Assembly (NCBI GenBank): GCA_963555755.3
Contig: OY820905.2
Span: forward strand, 352,001 to 416,000
Origin: Nitrospirales bacterium
GTDB lineage: Bacteria; Nitrospirota; Nitrospiria; Nitrospirales; UBA8639
DNA: 64,000 nt
Reading direction: 5' to 3'
Positions 61,700 through 64,000 of the stretch are shown one piece after another (position 1 is the first letter of the stretch; each line of letters begins with the position of its first letter). The position numbers were made by a program, and so were the translations under genes. The notes below the pieces were generated by a model that saw only the letters and a program-made list of their open reading frames with translations, did no database searches and was not told where the DNA came from.

Positions 61700-61990
61700 T
61701 CATTGTGCACCACTGGTCTTGCTCCGAAATTGTGGACACATCTGAAAAGCGCCATGATGTGGCGAGGGTGAAGACAGGTGGTCCAAAGGCTCAGTAGGGT
61801 CACGCCACCTGTGATCACATGACCCGCATGACCAGTTGGGCGAATCAGGGCCAACACAGCATCCCCCCAGTACGACTTCGCCTCGCATCGCTTCTTCCTC
61901 CAATTCAGGTTCGGGCAAGCCATAGACGATCTCCAAGACACATTCACTTCGGCATTTGGGACAATGGGAGGGTCTTGGGTACTCAGTCAT
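61700..61990 (-). CDS. Small zinc-ribbon hypothetical protein
   Basis: CPKC..IVYGLP..LGGCC..W.C..C. Confidence 0.62.
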   Translation of the reverse strand: MTEYPRPSHCPKCRSECVLEIVYGLPEPELEEEAMRGEVVLGGCCVGPDSPNWSCGSCDHRWRDPTEPLDHLSSPSPHHGAFQMCPQFRSKTSGAQ

Positions 61991-62065
61991 GGCTAGAGTT
62001 TAATGGTAGAGAGGCTGAGCTGTCTAGGTGGGGGATATAAACGTTGGGCTGAGAGAGCCAGAAGG

Positions 62066-62548
62066 TTAAACCAACTTATAATACCCGCAATGCGATAGCT
62101 GTAAGGTTCGCAGGAGAGGAAATTTTTCTGGTATGGCGTTTTTAGACATCAGCCCTTGGCGTTGAATTTCCTTGCGGATTTCGGCCATTACTTCGTCTAA
62201 TGACTGAATTATTCCCCCTGCAATTTTGTCTCTATTTTTGGGGTGCGAATTGAAAACCGCGATTTGTCTGACTGGCGTGTCCTTTGGAAGCCACATGAAC
62301 ACCTTTGTCAGAATGTACTTCTTACCCGCAGAGAACTTCTTCTTATATCTCCGCTCGCGTTTACTCCAACTGTCAGCGTCTAATGAAGGTTCGTAATGGA
62401 CTAGGTCAGGGGTGATAGGACTAAACCCGATTACGTCCAATTCCATTTCCCACCCACCATGTTTCAGACGGCCAACCTTAACGTTCTTCTTTACTAAGTA
62501 CCCTTTCCAGTCTAAGTATTCAGCTAAGAGGTCTTCGATATGTGCCAT
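62066..62548 (-). CDS. Putative PD-(D/E)xK nuclease-fold protein
   Basis: E.L.AEYL..KGY, ELDVIG, HYEPS. Confidence 0.55.
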   Translation of the reverse strand: MAHIEDLLAEYLDWKGYLVKKNVKVGRLKHGGWEMELDVIGFSPITPDLVHYEPSLDADSWSKRERRYKKKFSAGKKYILTKVFMWLPKDTPVRQIAVFNSHPKNRDKIAGGIIQSLDEVMAEIRKEIQRQGLMSKNAIPEKFPLLRTLQLSHCGYYKLV

Positions 62549-62647
62549 AAGGTTATGACCGCAGATCTAAAAGCCGAAGGGGACTATTCCCTTTTACGCT
62601 ACAATCCTTGTTAGTCATAGAGTTTCCCAACCTGGATTTTGCGGTGT

Positions 62648-63760
62648 TACTGAGCCGGCCGGTAAATAGTGCGTAGTTTCTCAGGCAGCATAACGAACAT
62701 GCCTTTCGCGGAATAGGTTTTGGACAACCTCCGGTTGTTTTTGTCGCCGATACAGATGACGGCGCACGGTGGCCATCATCTCCGGCTTGTGCCGGGGCCG
62801 ACTTTTCCCCAACGCATTGGTCTTGACATCCTGGTTGAGTAGCTCATCCGGGTTGAGTGCCGGACAATACCCCAGCAACAGGATCAGTCGCAGGCGCTTC
62901 GCGTTCCGGGCCACGAACGCTTTCGCCCGACGGGACTTGTGCGCTGGATGCCCAACCACGATCAGATAGACCGGGCCGGGGGCCTGCTTCAGCAAGCGGC
63001 GCATGAACGCCACGAATCCCGCAGCGACGAATTTGCCGGTAAAGACCATGAATGCCAGCGCCCCCTTGTTCGTGATCGCGGAAATCATGTTGCACCCAAA
63101 TCGTTGTCCGGTCGCTCGAATGACCGGGGTCTGGCCCACCGGCGCATAGCTCGTCCCGGAGACATGATCACTCCGCAAGCCCATCTCATCCCCCCAGTAA
63201 ATCGTGGCCTTCGCGCGTTTGGCTTGCCGGGCGATGGCCGGATAGTCTTCCTCCACCCAGCGCGCAATCGCTTCCTCGTTGCGTTCGTAGGCCCGCCGCA
63301 CGGGCTTCTGGGCACTCAGGCCCCAGGCCTTCAAATATCGACCCACACTGGTCAGCGAGATCCGGAGGCTATATCTCTGGGCAATCAACTGCACGACGGC
63401 CACGCGCGTCCACAGGTAAAACGGCAACTTTAATTGATCCGGCATCTTGCCAATGACCAACCGCCGGATGTGGGCCGCCTGCTTGGCGGTGAGCCGTCCT
63501 TGCCCCCTCGGGCGACCTCGGCGTTTGGGCTTGAGCGCCTTCAGCCCTCCCACTTTACTCAACGCCACCCACTTGTGTACCGCTCGCAAACTCACTTGAT
63601 ACTTTTGGGCCGCATCGGTCTGCTTCATTCCCCCCCGAACCGCTAGGACCGCCAGCCGACGCAGATGCGCTTGCGGGGCGGGTTCCAACGTTCTGGCATC
63701 GATCTTTATTCCCATGCCAGGCAGTATACCACTACGCACTATTTAATGCACTGATCAGTA
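62648..63760 (-). mobile_element. IS630-family element; transposase 62681-63715 probably inactive
   Basis: TA-flanked TIRs TACTGA...TAAATAGTGCGTAGT; GDEMG and LNPDE present, but second Asp motif reads LIVVGHP. Confidence 0.9.
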
Positions 63761-64000
63761 ATAGAAAAGAGTCGATTCCACGTACACGTTAGACCGTCGC
63801 TCCGGTTTTCCCCATTGTTAGGTTTCATTGTTTTCGTGGTCCGTTAGTTCTTGGGTATCAGTTTCTGGGACAGCCGTAGGAAGAGGAATGATCTTGAGCC
63901 CATATATTATTATAGTGTATTAAATAGATTAATGATATAGTGCAGGCACGTGACTCACCAATAATCATGGAGGTCTCATGCCTGCTCAAATACCCATTCA

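Overview
Bacterial chromosomal window, probably Nitrospirota-like (inferred from gene order and protein style, not proven). The left flank (1-6.4 kb) holds aroQ-efp-accB-accC-thiE, bioD, an SDR and an exported protein gene whose 3' end overlaps the 3' end of putA. A ~33.7 kb island with no recognisable integrase lies between two ~220 bp direct repeats of that overlap (6277-6496 and 39998-40217), with two more partial copies inside. Its cargo is: toxin-antitoxin pairs; IS91/ISCR relics with oriIS ends; two IS4 copies, each inserted in a REP-like repeat beside a RAYT relic; two large RCC1 double-propeller surface proteins; truncated ClC and ispG genes; a group II intron; an IS1111-type element inserted in an IS91 oriIS, with a target-matching guide loop in its non-coding region; and about 14 small secreted Cys-containing genes and relics in two paralog families. 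One family has terminal motifs resembling domain 4 of cholesterol-dependent cytolysins. The right part holds intact putA, hicBA, a DLH-family gene, a TPR lipoprotein, thiI, trxB, coaE, a beta-helix protein, a pseudopilin, tenA, tpx, three copies of a TTA-flanked MITE, two IS1595 elements and an IS630. All calls come from reading the sequence and the ORF track; no searches were run.
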